Positions 45,003 through 55,557 of a stretch of 64,000 nucleotides of DNA are shown here, in pieces. The notes beneath the pieces were generated by a model. It did not search any database, had not been told where the DNA came from, and worked only from the letters and a program-made list of their open reading frames with translations. This DNA is from Fidelibacterota bacterium (GTDB taxonomy: Bacteria > Fidelibacterota > Marinisomatia > Marinisomatales > JAHJCW01), in assembly GCA_042577295.1 (NCBI GenBank), contig JBHPEE010000001.1, positions 10,506-74,505 on the forward strand. The letters run 5' to 3'. Numbering within the stretch: position 1 is the stretch's first letter; every line of letters starts with the position of its first letter. The position numbers and the translations under genes were made by a program.

Positions 45003-46006
45003 CCAATTGCCTCGGCTACATATTTTTTACCGGTGATATCTTTATACTTATCACCAAACGCAGATTTTAAAGATTCAATCGCTACTTCTACCATTGCGTC
45101 TTCCGGTTCTTTGGTAGTTATATTTTGTAGCCAAAGACCAGGTGCTCTAAACATTTTGAAGAATGCATTATCGCTTTTACGGGCACTTTTTTTTAACACT
45201 TCATAGCCGATACCGGCCACAAATGGCATCATTAGTAAGTGCAATATGATTCTTGATATAACAGTGAGATTACCAAAAAATCCTATGAAAATAGTGTCTA
45301 TTATCGAGAAAACAATGATAGCAGAAATCATTACAATAAATAAGAAACTTGTTCCGCAACGCGGGTGTTGAGTAGGAAATGATTGAGCATTTTTTATCGT
45401 AACAGCCTTCCCCGATTCAAAATTATATACAACACGGTGTTCGGCACCGTGATATTGAAATAACCTTTTCACATCCTTCATAAATGATATCAATATAAGA
45501 TAAAGTACAAAAAATGTAATCCGGAAAGCCCCGGCAATCAGGTTGAATAAAAATGCTTCTTTGTTAACTAAAAATAGTTTTGTTGTTATCCAGTACGGCG
45601 CTACCATGAAAAGTGCAAGCGCAATCAATATTGCTGTAGACGTAGTAAAAAATTGAGCTAATTTGCCCGGTTCTTTTTTCTTGTCTTCTTCCGGCGTTGC
45701 GATTTCAGCTGACCATTGTAATGTTTTCATTCCCATTTTTAACGATTCAAAAAGAGATATTATTCCGCGCAATACCGGTTTTTTCCATATCTTGCTGTTT
45801 TCAACCATTGATGTAAAATCATGTTTATCAACGTGGATTTTACCTTCAGCATCGCGAACAGCGGTTGCATAGGCCCCCGGAACGCGCATCATTACGCCCT
45901 CTATCACAGCTTGCCCACCAACTAAAATTGATGGTTTCATCAATGTATTGATTATAATATTTTTTAATACCATATTTTTCTGCTTAACCTTAGTCAATTT
46001 AATCAT
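44999..46006 (-). CDS. DUF1385-family membrane protein (prfA/prmC-associated)
   Basis: [14 protein letters not shown]-terminal block, YHGAEH motif and 4-5 TM helices. The rpmE-DUF1385-prfA-prmC synteny is conserved. The true start may be an internal ATG (45973 or 45940). Confidence 0.7.
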   Translation of the reverse strand: MIKLTKVKQKNMVLKNIIINTLMKPSILVGGQAVIEGVMMRVPGAYATAVRDAEGKIHVDKHDFTSMVENSKIWKKPVLRGIISLFESLKMGMKTLQWSAEIATPEEDKKKEPGKLAQFFTTSTAILIALALFMVAPYWITTKLFLVNKEAFLFNLIAGAFRITFFVLYLILISFMKDVKRLFQYHGAEHRVVYNFESGKAVTIKNAQSFPTQHPRCGTSFLFIVMISAIIVFSIIDTIFIGFFGNLTVISRIILHLLMMPFVAGIGYEVLKKSARKSDNAFFKMFRAPGLWLQNITTKEPEDAMVEVAIESLKSAFGDKYKDITGKKYVAEAIG

Positions 46007-46025
46007 TTACAATGTTCAAAGACAC

Positions 46026-46067
46026 AAAAAGGACTTCTATCTTTCGAAAAAAAGCAGAAGTCCTTTT
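46026..46067 (-). terminator. Intrinsic terminator/attenuator after rpmE
   Basis: AAAAAGGACTTCT - 17-nt loop - AGAAGTCCTTTT. On the minus strand the hairpin is followed by TTTTTGTG, and it sits 11 nt after the rpmE stop. Confidence 0.6.
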
Positions 46068-46077
46068 CAATATATTG

Positions 46078-46287
46078 CTATTGAGCTTGACGTTTTCCGT
46101 ATTTTCTTTCGAATTTTTCGATTCTGCCAGCAGTGTCTACTAATTTTTGCTTACCGGAAAAGAACGGATGACAAACATTACAAATATCTATCCGTTGATC
46201 GCCAATAGTACTATAAACCTTAAATGTATTACCGCATGCACAATGCACGGCACCAAGCTTGTATTCAGGATGTATTTTTTCTTTCAT
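46078..46287 (-). CDS. rpmE: 50S ribosomal protein L31 (zinc-binding type A)
   Basis: MKEKIHPEY..., with Cys pairs CACG and [12 protein letters not shown]. Confidence 0.95.
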   Translation of the reverse strand: MKEKIHPEYKLGAVHCACGNTFKVYSTIGDQRIDICNVCHPFFSGKQKLVDTAGRIEKFERKYGKRQAQ

Positions 46288-46557
46288 CCAATTCTCCTGT
46301 TCTATTCAACTTACAATAAATAATTATCTAAATTTTACCCGATTTACGGGGGCAGAGTTTAGCAAAATTATAATAATATTCCTTATAATATTTTATTGGC
46401 GGTACCATACACTAAAAAGCAACATTACACAAGAATATTTAATTCAATTTTGAATAATGATAGTTTAATTATTTAAGATTATTGTAATTTTCACTTAGTT
46501 AGTTTCAAACTTAATTAAAAACAGTATTTAAACTTATAATAATAAGAACTATAAATT

Positions 46558-47772
46558 ATGAGCATTAGTCAAATCGCAAGAAGTCTAACCCCGTCAGCTA
46601 CATTAAAATTAAATGAAAAAGCCACAATATTGCGCCAGAAAGGCGATCCAGTTATTCATTTGGGTGGCGGAGAACCAAAAAGCAAAGCACCTTTTGATGC
46701 TATTTTAGCAACTACCGGATTGCTTGATTCAGGAGAGATTAGATACTCTCCACCGGATGGTACTGTTGCCATGAAAAAGGCGATTATCCGCTATACTGAA
46801 GAACATTACAACCGCTTAGTTGAACCGCGTCAAATCATTGCGTCCAACGGCGCAAAGCAAGCACTAATGGTTGCCTTACAGGCCATCCTAAATCCACACG
46901 AAGAAGTAATTTTCCCTGCACCTTATTGGGTAAGCTACCCAGATATGGTGAAACTTTGTCAAGGTATACCAATCCCCGTCCTGCCGGAAGATGGTACATT
47001 TTATCCAAAATTATCGGATATTGAAGAGAATGTAGGCTCTTATACTAAAGCAGTCATCATCAATAGTCCGAACAATCCGACAGGCGCTGTTTATTCTGAA
47101 GAATTTATTGCTGATATTGTCGAATATTGCCGAAAGCGCGACTTATATCTAATTATGGATGATATTTATAATCGATTAGTCTTTGACAATCGCAAACCAA
47201 GCAATTGTTTTGATTATGTTAAAGATTTTGGTGATAACTCCAAACTGATCCTCATCAATGGAGTTTCGAAACAATATGCTATGACGGGATTTAGAATTGG
47301 ATGGGCAATTGGAAATAAAAATTTAATAGACGTTATGATCAATATTCAAAGTCATCAAACTTCCGGTCCGCCGACAATATCGCAAAAAGCGGCTATTGGT
47401 GCAATTAATGGAGTTCAATCCTCGGTTGAAAATCTTAGAGTATCATTGGAAAACCGAAGAAATATTATGATTGATAATCTAAATTCCTTTGATGGACTAA
47501 AGGTAACAAAACCGGATGGTACATTTTACTGTTTTATAGATTTTAGTCATTATAATTCCAACTCAGTGAAACTTGCAGAATTACTCCTTGAGAAAGTCCA
47601 AGTGATTACAGTTCCGGGCTTGGCATTTGGTCTTGACGGATATTTACGTTTGAGTTATTGTGGTGGTATTAATGATATTCGAGAAGGAATTGAAAGGATT
47701 CAATGGGTTCTTGATCCGGACGCTCCAAACGAACTGTATATTGGTGAACGCAAATTAGTGAGGGATTGGTAA
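46558..47772 (+). CDS. Class I/II PLP aminotransferase (aspartate aminotransferase-like)
   Basis: NSPNNPTG, the PLP-Lys motif VSKQYAMTGFRIGW, and a C-terminal LRLSY. Confidence 0.85.
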   Translation: MSISQIARSLTPSATLKLNEKATILRQKGDPVIHLGGGEPKSKAPFDAILATTGLLDSGEIRYSPPDGTVAMKKAIIRYTEEHYNRLVEPRQIIASNGAKQALMVALQAILNPHEEVIFPAPYWVSYPDMVKLCQGIPIPVLPEDGTFYPKLSDIEENVGSYTKAVIINSPNNPTGAVYSEEFIADIVEYCRKRDLYLIMDDIYNRLVFDNRKPSNCFDYVKDFGDNSKLILINGVSKQYAMTGFRIGWAIGNKNLIDVMINIQSHQTSGPPTISQKAAIGAINGVQSSVENLRVSLENRRNIMIDNLNSFDGLKVTKPDGTFYCFIDFSHYNSNSVKLAELLLEKVQVITVPGLAFGLDGYLRLSYCGGINDIREGIERIQWVLDPDAPNELYIGERKLVRDW

Positions 47773-49421
47773 TGAGTAAATATTTAAAAATAAAATCACC
47801 TAGCGCCAATCAAGCACGTACTCTTGCTTCAACCTACGGGCTTTCTAATCATGGGTTAAAGCATCTTGATACAGTTTATTGGAATCTTTCAACGCCGGCT
47901 TTATATGAAGAGATTATTTTTAGAAATGAGGGTAAAATTGTTAATCAAGGTCCGATTTTAGTAAAAACCGGTAAGCACACTGCACGCGCTGCTAATGACA
48001 AATTTGTAGTTCGTGAAGATACTACACTCGATGATATTTGGTGGGGCGATTATAACCGTCCATTAAGTCCCGAACAGTTTAATACAATATATACGCGGGC
48101 GCAAGCCTATGCGCAAGGGGAAGAAATATTTGTTCAGGATTGTTACGCAGGTAATGACCCAAATTATCGGCTACCGGTACGAATAATCACTGAAAAAGCG
48201 TGGCATAGTTTATTTGCTCGCAATATGCTCATCACGACCACTAATCAAGATGAATTGAAACATTTTATTCCCGAATTTACTGTGATAGCACTTCCTGAAT
48301 TTAAAATGGATCCCAAAATTGATGGCACCAATAGCGATACAACAATTGTAATAAATTTTGAACAAAGAATTGCTATTATTGCAAATTCACTTTATGGTGG
48401 CGAGATAAAGAAAGCGGTTTTTACCGTTTTAAATTTTTTACTCACTTTCAATAATGTTTTGCCTATGCATTGTTCTGCAAATGTAGGTAAAAAAAATGAC
48501 GCTGCTCTCTTTTTTGGGCTGAGCGGAACCGGCAAAACTACTCTTTCGGCCGATCCTAATCGTTTCCTTATCGGAGATGATGAGCATGGTTGGTCAGTTG
48601 ATGGAATTTTTAACTTTGAAGGTGGTTGTTATGCAAAAGTGATTCGTCTTTCCGCAGAACATGAACCTGAAATATTTGCCTGTACAGAAAAGTTTGGTAC
48701 AATTTTGGAAAATGTCGTGTTTGATGAAACAACCCGGAAGATTGATTTAGATGATGATGTTCATACAGAGAATACTAGAATTTCATATCCACTTAGCTAC
48801 ATTCCGAATACAGTTCCGGAAGGTATGGTTAATGTTCATCCAAAAAATATAATATTTTTGACGTGTGATGCGTCTGGTGTAATGCCACCAATTGCACGTC
48901 TAAGTCCGGAGCAAGCCCAATATCATTTCATAAGCGGATATACTTCAAAGGTAGCGGGTACCGAGATCGGATTAGGGATTGAACCTAAAATTACTTTCAG
49001 TGCCTGTTTTGGTGGACCTTTCATGGTGCGACATCCATCGATATATGCCGCTATGCTTAAAGAACGTATGCAAAAGCACGATGCCCAGTGCTGGTTAGTT
49101 AATACTGGTTGGGTTGGTGGTCGCTTTGGCGTTGGTAAACGTATTAGCATTCACCATACTAGAAACTTACTCAACGCAGCATTAGACGGTAAACTAGAAA
49201 AGGTTAAGTTTCGTAAAGACAAACTATTTGGATTCGAAGTCCCGTTATCTTGTCCTAATGTACCTGAAGATATATTAGAACCGGCAAATTCATGGGGCGA
49301 CAAAAAAGATTATTGGAAGAAGTACGATTCTTTAGCGGCTCGCTTTAATCAGAATTTTAAGCTGTTTGCGAACAAATGTTCTCAACCTGTTATTGATGCC
49401 GGGCCGAAAAGACTAAAATAA
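47772..49421 (+). CDS. pckA: Phosphoenolpyruvate carboxykinase (ATP)
   Basis: Kinase-1a FFGLSGTGKTTLS, IGDDEHGW and NTGWVGG. Its ATG overlaps the aminotransferase stop (TAATG). Confidence 0.95.
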   Translation: MSKYLKIKSPSANQARTLASTYGLSNHGLKHLDTVYWNLSTPALYEEIIFRNEGKIVNQGPILVKTGKHTARAANDKFVVREDTTLDDIWWGDYNRPLSPEQFNTIYTRAQAYAQGEEIFVQDCYAGNDPNYRLPVRIITEKAWHSLFARNMLITTTNQDELKHFIPEFTVIALPEFKMDPKIDGTNSDTTIVINFEQRIAIIANSLYGGEIKKAVFTVLNFLLTFNNVLPMHCSANVGKKNDAALFFGLSGTGKTTLSADPNRFLIGDDEHGWSVDGIFNFEGGCYAKVIRLSAEHEPEIFACTEKFGTILENVVFDETTRKIDLDDDVHTENTRISYPLSYIPNTVPEGMVNVHPKNIIFLTCDASGVMPPIARLSPEQAQYHFISGYTSKVAGTEIGLGIEPKITFSACFGGPFMVRHPSIYAAMLKERMQKHDAQCWLVNTGWVGGRFGVGKRISIHHTRNLLNAALDGKLEKVKFRKDKLFGFEVPLSCPNVPEDILEPANSWGDKKDYWKKYDSLAARFNQNFKLFANKCSQPVIDAGPKRLK

Positions 49422-49459
49422 TAATATTTGATAATTATCGGATTTTAGCTCGATACAGG

Positions 49460-50455
49460 TCACACGGCGTGCTGTTTTTTGTGATAATCTGCGGTGTTAA
49501 AATTGTTCTCGGATGAGGCGTTTGGAGTGGTTTTATCATCTTGAGAATTCTTTTTCGGTTTAGTGGTTTTTATTGATTTTACCGATTTTTTCTCAATTTC
49601 ATAATCTTCCGACAATACCTTTTTGATTTTACTTTTTCCTTTACTGGTTATATTTTTAGACTTTCTACGTGGTTTGGGTACATTTTTTACTATTACACTT
49701 AGCAAGTCATCGTCTTCTTCAATTATATTTACTGCCTCATTATCAATAGTCTTCGAGTTTAAAAGTTCTTCATCAAACTTAAAATCTTGTGGATTATATA
49801 AACCATGGATTGCCCCATAACCCCGAGTAATACCGTTGCCTACACCAATATAATTGGGTAATAAAAAATTTGTTTGGAATTCACCGGAAAATGAGCCCCA
49901 GTCATTTTCATGAACCGGTTTTGGGAATAATGAATCGAGTTTTAGCTTGGTATATACTTTATCATTTAGTTCAACTCCCATCTCTCGAGCTAAAAACACT
50001 ATATTTTGACCCAACAAACGGTTTAAAAATGCTGTCCTATCTTTGTTTTTTAAAAATTTATAGCGATTCTGTGTATTTTTACTTAACGCCACCCACGGCG
50101 ACACAAATCTATATCTGAGCAATTGATCAACATGTTTAAATTGATCAATACTTTCTTCAACATCTATTCCTAAAATGTTAAAGGTAATATTCCCAAAATT
50201 TAGCAATTCCAATTCTTTTAACATTTCTAATACAGGGTCAGTTCCATCTTTGATACCTACAAGATAAATCTGTTCATTCAAAATTTTAACTTGAATTCGT
50301 GGATATAAAAACTTCTCACGATAACGACCATCCAACATAGGTATTGCAGAACTATTTGGGTATTGTTTCATAAAAACGCCTTTTACTTGGTAGGCAGTCT
50401 TTTTTACCGGCTTATCAGTTATTAATCGAGCAACAATTGTTTTCACAGATCGCAA
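49460..50455 (-). CDS. Cas6/RAMP-like dual-RRM protein with Lys-rich disordered C-terminal tail (tentative)
   Basis: Exact RAMP glycine-rich loop GVGNGITRGYG (GxGxxxxxGxG) near the end of the globular part. A second-RRM-like onset RYRFVSPWVAL and the helix NRLLGQNIVFLAREMG are present. About 85 aa of K/S/E-rich tail follow. TTG start. Confidence 0.45.
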   Translation of the reverse strand: MRSVKTIVARLITDKPVKKTAYQVKGVFMKQYPNSSAIPMLDGRYREKFLYPRIQVKILNEQIYLVGIKDGTDPVLEMLKELELLNFGNITFNILGIDVEESIDQFKHVDQLLRYRFVSPWVALSKNTQNRYKFLKNKDRTAFLNRLLGQNIVFLAREMGVELNDKVYTKLKLDSLFPKPVHENDWGSFSGEFQTNFLLPNYIGVGNGITRGYGAIHGLYNPQDFKFDEELLNSKTIDNEAVNIIEEDDDLLSVIVKNVPKPRRKSKNITSKGKSKIKKVLSEDYEIEKKSVKSIKTTKPKKNSQDDKTTPNASSENNFNTADYHKKQHAV

Positions 50456-50513
50456 TCCTTGTGACTTTAATATAGATTATAAATAAATTAAAATGAAATC
50501 AGTATTCGCAAAA

Positions 50514-51761
50514 TTATCGACTCATTGTCTCCATAAATTCATCATTGGTTTTTGTTCTTATCATCCTATCTCGTAAAAACTCCATCGCTTCTGTTATTTG
50601 CATTTCGTTCAATAGTTTTCGCAAAATCCAGACGCGCCCTAAAACCATTTTGGATAATAATAATTCTTCTTTTCTAGTGCCAGATCTAACAACGTCAAAT
50701 GAAGGGAATAATCTTCTGTCGCTCAATCTTCGATCTAATACCAACTCCATATTGCCGGTACCTTTAAATTCTTCGAAAATTACTTCATCCATTCTACTGC
50801 CCGTATCAACTAGTGCTGTAGCGATAATCGTGAATGATCCACCTTCTTCGATATTACGTGCTGCTCCAAAAAATTGCTTTGGTTTTTTAAGTGCGTTTGA
50901 ATCTACGCCACCGGATAATATTTTTCCGCTATGCGGGATTACAGCGTTGTGCGCTCTAGCTAAACGAGTTAAACTGTCTAGTAAAATAACAACATCATCT
51001 CCGTACTCTACCATTCGTTTGGCTTTTTGTAATGCCATATCAGCTACAGCGACGTGTCGCTCCGGTGCTTCATCAAAAGTTGAACTTAATACTTCAGCGT
51101 CAACGCTGCGTGCCATATCTGTAACTTCTTCCGGACGTTCATCAATTAGTAGTATTATCATCTTTGTTTTGGGATGATTTTTTCTTATTGAGTTAGCTAT
51201 TTGTTGTAATAATATTGTCTTACCGGTTTTTGGCTGTGCGACAATCAATCCTCTCTGTCCTTTTCCAATCGGGCACATTAAATCCATAATCCGCATTGAT
51301 AAATTCTTTGGCTCTGTCTCTAATGTAAATTTTTCATCGGGATGCAATGGTGTTAAATTATCAAATAACATTACATTTCTTACGTCTTCTGGTGGCCGAT
51401 CATTTACAGTATCAACCTTTAATAATGCATAGAAGCGTTCTTTTGATTTGGGCGGTCTTATTTGTCCGGCCACCTCATGCCCCGTTTTAAGACCAAATCG
51501 TTTTATTTGAGATGGACTAACATAAATATCATTGGGACCTGGTAAATAATTAGAATCGGCGCTGCGCAAAAATCCATAACCATCCGGCAATACTTCTAAA
51601 GTACCACGCGCGAAGAGTGCATCATCATCCTTTGCTTCGGCTTTTAGAATTTGCACGACTAATTCCTGTTTGTTTAGCCCGGAAATATTCTCAATTTTTA
51701 GATCCTTCGCTAATTTTGTTAAGTCTTTAACCTTCAAAGATTGAAGTTCGTTGACATCCAT
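50514..51761 (-). CDS. rho: Transcription termination factor Rho
   Basis: N-terminal Rho_N/CSD-like RNA-binding domain (GYGFLR), Walker A PKTGKT, and Q/R loops. Confidence 0.97.
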   Translation of the reverse strand: MDVNELQSLKVKDLTKLAKDLKIENISGLNKQELVVQILKAEAKDDDALFARGTLEVLPDGYGFLRSADSNYLPGPNDIYVSPSQIKRFGLKTGHEVAGQIRPPKSKERFYALLKVDTVNDRPPEDVRNVMLFDNLTPLHPDEKFTLETEPKNLSMRIMDLMCPIGKGQRGLIVAQPKTGKTILLQQIANSIRKNHPKTKMIILLIDERPEEVTDMARSVDAEVLSSTFDEAPERHVAVADMALQKAKRMVEYGDDVVILLDSLTRLARAHNAVIPHSGKILSGGVDSNALKKPKQFFGAARNIEEGGSFTIIATALVDTGSRMDEVIFEEFKGTGNMELVLDRRLSDRRLFPSFDVVRSGTRKEELLLSKMVLGRVWILRKLLNEMQITEAMEFLRDRMIRTKTNDEFMETMSR

Positions 51762-51850
51762 AATAAATTATCCTTCGGTTTTTCAATTGATTAAAAATAT
51801 ATAAATAAAATCTGGCGCTGTGCGCGTCTTATCGGTAATACTAAGTTACA

Positions 51851-53149
51851 TTAAATGATACCAATGTCAAAGAAAAAATCGTATTCCTTATAAATTGTTT
51901 CTCCTATGTAATGACTGCCAAAGATTAGACCGGGATTTGTATTAGAAACTGCGTTATTAATTATTTTTAGTGCTTTAATTATATCCGGTTCTAACGTAGT
52001 ATTGATTCCAAACTTCGTTAACGAATCATACAAATCTTTGGCCTCCATAAGTCCTAATTTCGGTATACTTGTTACTATTAATTCTTTAAATCGGTTCTTT
52101 AATTTTGGAACAATTAGTTCAATTTCTTTGTCTGCTTTTAATGCTATTAATCCAATTGGTTTATCGTGATATATCATAAATAATGAATCCAACATAACTT
52201 GGATGCCATGTGGATTATGGGCAACATCATAGAAAATTGGAAATGTTTCGTGCATCTTCTGCATTCGTGCAGGCCAGTTCACTTTTTTTAATCCATTGAT
52301 TATTATATCAGACTTGATTTTATTGCTTAATATTTTTGTTGCCTCTATTGCTAGAACGGCATTTCTAGCTTGATGCTCTCCAATCAGACGGGTTTCGTAG
52401 TTTACACCATACCAATTAAAATTTGTTCCCCTTTCGCTAATATTTATGTTTTTTATACCATTCTCTTTACAATATGTAACATTTGAATTTTTTCTATCCG
52501 CTATTTCGAGTAGCACATTTTTTACTTCTTTACTCTGCGATGACAGAATTAACGGCACTCCTTTTTTAATAATACCACCCTTTTCAAATGCGATGGTTTC
52601 TAAATCATCTCCTAATATCTCAGTATGATCTGCTGTAATTGAAGTAATTACAGTAATCTTTGGTTTTATCACATTAGTCGAGTCCAATCGTCCACCGAGA
52701 CCAGTTTCAACAATTGCTATATCTACCTTTTTCTTATTAAAATAATCAAATGTCATTGCTGTGGTCGCTTCAAAAAAAGTAGACTTAATCTCGTTAATTG
52801 CAGAATTGTATTGTGACATAAATTCAACAATACTTTCATCAGAAATAGGTACACCATTTACTCTTATACGCTCGTTGAATCTTATTAAATGCGGTGATGT
52901 ATATAAACCAACACTATATCCTGCTTTGATAAGTATGGAGGCAATCATTGCTGCTGTAGAACCCTTGCCATTCGTGCCGGCAATATGGATTGATTCAAAA
53001 TTATCTTGAGGATTACCGCAAACTCCCATTAGCCTTTGAGTATGCTCTAATCCGACTTTAATACCAAGTCGCTGTAAAGCATATAAATCTTCTAATAATT
53101 GATTAAACTCTGCCGAGTTGGATTTTTTCGACATTTGATATTTTTTCAC
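51851..53149 (-). CDS. folC: Folylpolyglutamate synthase / dihydrofolate synthase
   Basis: P-loop IAGTNGKGST with Mur-ligase middle and C-terminal domains. The start is ambiguous (53149 or 53134) and overlaps the murI 3' end. Confidence 0.9.
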   Translation of the reverse strand: MKKYQMSKKSNSAEFNQLLEDLYALQRLGIKVGLEHTQRLMGVCGNPQDNFESIHIAGTNGKGSTAAMIASILIKAGYSVGLYTSPHLIRFNERIRVNGVPISDESIVEFMSQYNSAINEIKSTFFEATTAMTFDYFNKKKVDIAIVETGLGGRLDSTNVIKPKITVITSITADHTEILGDDLETIAFEKGGIIKKGVPLILSSQSKEVKNVLLEIADRKNSNVTYCKENGIKNINISERGTNFNWYGVNYETRLIGEHQARNAVLAIEATKILSNKIKSDIIINGLKKVNWPARMQKMHETFPIFYDVAHNPHGIQVMLDSLFMIYHDKPIGLIALKADKEIELIVPKLKNRFKELIVTSIPKLGLMEAKDLYDSLTKFGINTTLEPDIIKALKIINNAVSNTNPGLIFGSHYIGETIYKEYDFFFDIGII

Positions 53150-53912
53150 CTAAAAACCGACTTGCAACAGTTTCGAACCTTGCTGGAAGATCAGATACAA
53201 AAAGCTTTAAATCGCCTTTAGTGTTTTGGTCATTCAGTAATCCATAATTCATTAATAATTCCGCTGTTTCAGCAGCCATCGCTTGCGCGGAATCAACTAA
53301 TTGTATTTTAGAGGATACAACCTCTTGTATGACTTTCTTTAGTAACGGATAGTGCGTACAGCCTAATATCAACGTGTCAACATTTGCTTCATTGATGGGC
53401 TCAAGATATTTTTCAGCAATTAACCTAGTCACCGGTTCATCGATCCAACCCTCCTCAGCGAGTGGTACAAATAATGGACAGGAAGCTGAGGTGACCATAA
53501 CAGAATGATTATTGATTTTTAACTCAGCTTCATATACACCGGAACCAATTGTTGAAATTGTTCCAATTACACCAATACGATCGTTTTGAGTAAGTTTTAA
53601 TGCGGAATCGACCCCAGGTTTCACAACTCCGATAATGGGAATATCCAATTTATCCTGCAGTGTGTGGAGAGCCAAAGCAGTTGCAGTATTACAAGCCACA
53701 ACAATTATTTTGGTACCACGCTCGAACAAAAAATCTGCTATTTGCAGGCTATATTCTTTAATAAGCTCCGGACTTTTATTTCCGTACGGTACACGTGCTG
53801 TGTCACCGAAATATATGATTGATTCATTTGGTAATACATTCCGTATTGCCTTGACAACAGTAAGTCCACCTAAGCCTGAATCAAATAAACCAATAGGGTT
53901 TTGATTCTTCAT
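53103..53912 (-). CDS. murI: Glutamate racemase
   Basis: DSGLGGLTV, the catalytic Cys motifs VVACNTA and LGCTHYP. Confidence 0.93.
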   Translation of the reverse strand: MKNQNPIGLFDSGLGGLTVVKAIRNVLPNESIIYFGDTARVPYGNKSPELIKEYSLQIADFLFERGTKIIVVACNTATALALHTLQDKLDIPIIGVVKPGVDSALKLTQNDRIGVIGTISTIGSGVYEAELKINNHSVMVTSASCPLFVPLAEEGWIDEPVTRLIAEKYLEPINEANVDTLILGCTHYPLLKKVIQEVVSSKIQLVDSAQAMAAETAELLMNYGLLNDQNTKGDLKLFVSDLPARFETVASRFLGEKISNVEKIQLGRV

Positions 53913-55400
53913 TTATCCCTCCGCCATAACAAATTCTCTACTTTTCTTAAATTCTATAATTGCTCTATAGATCGCGTTTGCAATTTTTTGCCTATATTCT
54001 GCTGTCCGTAATTTTTTTTCTTCTTCGGGATTTGTTAAAAACCCAACTTCTAATAAAACATTTGGCATACTAGCTCCGATCAAAACATAAAATCCGGCTT
54101 GTTTCACCCCTCGGTTTGGCGATTTAATTTCCTTATCAAGTTCATGTTGAATTTGGCCCGCAAAACTTTCACTCTCTTTCATGAACATGCTTTGAGCCAT
54201 TGTTGCCAGGATTAGCCCTTCGTACGTTAATTCCTGGTATTTCCCGTTACGTGATTCTTCATATTTTATAGCAGCATTTTCTTCAGCTGCAACATCAATG
54301 GCATCTTGTGTTTTCCCCGGTCGCAATAAGTAGGTTTCAAATCCGTGTGCATTCCGATTCCGATTCCCGTTTGCGTGTACACTTATAAATATCTTGCCAT
54401 TTTTCTCGTTTGCTATTTTTGTTCTTTGCCAGAGTGGAATAAATACATCCTCATCGCGAGTATAAACAACTTTCACATTAGTATTTTTTGTGATAAGCTT
54501 TCCTACTCTTTTAACTACATCTAAAGCTAAGGTTTTTTCTTTTGTTCCATATTTACCAATTGTTCCCGGATCTTTTCCTCCATGACCGGCATCCAAAACA
54601 ATTGTATCAATTTCCCACTGACTTTTTACTTCGTTAATCTTGGCTACGCTTTTTGATAATGGTGCCCAGAGTGTTATTACAATTTCATTAGTGTTTTTAT
54701 TCTGATAAAATTCGTGCCTCTCAATTTCGGATCTCAGGAAAAATGCTAATTGTAAACTGCCTTCGAGCTGATCCATTGATATTTCCTTCACTATTCCACG
54801 AGTATCTGTTTTTAATATGCTATTCGAATCTGCGGCTGCACCTTGGATTGTAAGATAAAACCAGCCATTTTTATGTAAAAATGTACTGATTTCTTTCTTC
54901 TTAAACTTCTCAAGAGTTTTAACACGTACAATTGTTCCGTTCGCTTTTTCATCTACTTGAATAGACTGAATATTGTATTCAGTGGGAACTATAACTATCT
55001 CATTTTTTTCAACAATATAAGAAACACTCGGCAATACAGTGTCGTGTAATATTTGAAAGAGTGCATTGGTCGGTAAATAAATATCTCCTTCAACTATAAT
55101 TGCCTGTGATGGAATTTGATATACTATATCATCAATAACTATAAAACTTGTGCCGGCAGATATTTTTACACGATGCGCACCAATATATAATACTAGTTTT
55201 TCTCTTTCGATATTTTCATAAATAGTGGTTAACAATACTCTCGCCAAATCTTTAACTGAACAATATACAACCGGAGTATTACCTAAAACCTTCAACTCAT
55301 CTTCTGTGTTTTCTAGCCGATTTACTACTTTTATCGGCGATGCGTCAATATTAAATGAATAGAAGAGTATGATAAAAAGAAAAATGCGTAATATTTTCAT
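53913..55400 (-). CDS. N-acetylmuramoyl-L-alanine amidase (Amidase_3) with N-terminal AMIN-like domains
   Basis: C-terminal catalytic domain LDAGHGGKDPG ... FISVHAN ... E(V)GFLTN. Signal peptide. Confidence 0.85.
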   Translation of the reverse strand: MKILRIFLFIILFYSFNIDASPIKVVNRLENTEDELKVLGNTPVVYCSVKDLARVLLTTIYENIEREKLVLYIGAHRVKISAGTSFIVIDDIVYQIPSQAIIVEGDIYLPTNALFQILHDTVLPSVSYIVEKNEIVIVPTEYNIQSIQVDEKANGTIVRVKTLEKFKKKEISTFLHKNGWFYLTIQGAAADSNSILKTDTRGIVKEISMDQLEGSLQLAFFLRSEIERHEFYQNKNTNEIVITLWAPLSKSVAKINEVKSQWEIDTIVLDAGHGGKDPGTIGKYGTKEKTLALDVVKRVGKLITKNTNVKVVYTRDEDVFIPLWQRTKIANEKNGKIFISVHANGNRNRNAHGFETYLLRPGKTQDAIDVAAEENAAIKYEESRNGKYQELTYEGLILATMAQSMFMKESESFAGQIQHELDKEIKSPNRGVKQAGFYVLIGASMPNVLLEVGFLTNPEEEKKLRTAEYRQKIANAIYRAIIEFKKSREFVMAEG

Positions 55401-55557
55401 AACTTTGAAGTTATCATATAGTTATAATCTGAGGCAACCTTGATGCTATAACAAGACCTCAAACATTAACGCACCAAACATTAAATCTATCGGAGTAAAA
55501 ATAATGATATAAATAATAATAAATTTTGATAATATAGTAACTTGCTGTGTTTTCATG

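Noticed and set aside
50545-51177. 210-aa plus-strand ORF
   Set aside because: It lies entirely antisense to the highly conserved rho gene. Its translation is low-complexity (S/I/L/N-rich) with no motifs, typical of a shadow ORF.
53103-53149. 47-nt overlap of folC start with the murI 3' end as something unusual
   Set aside because: It most likely reflects start-codon ambiguity (an alternative ATG lies at 53134). Short overlaps are common throughout this window.
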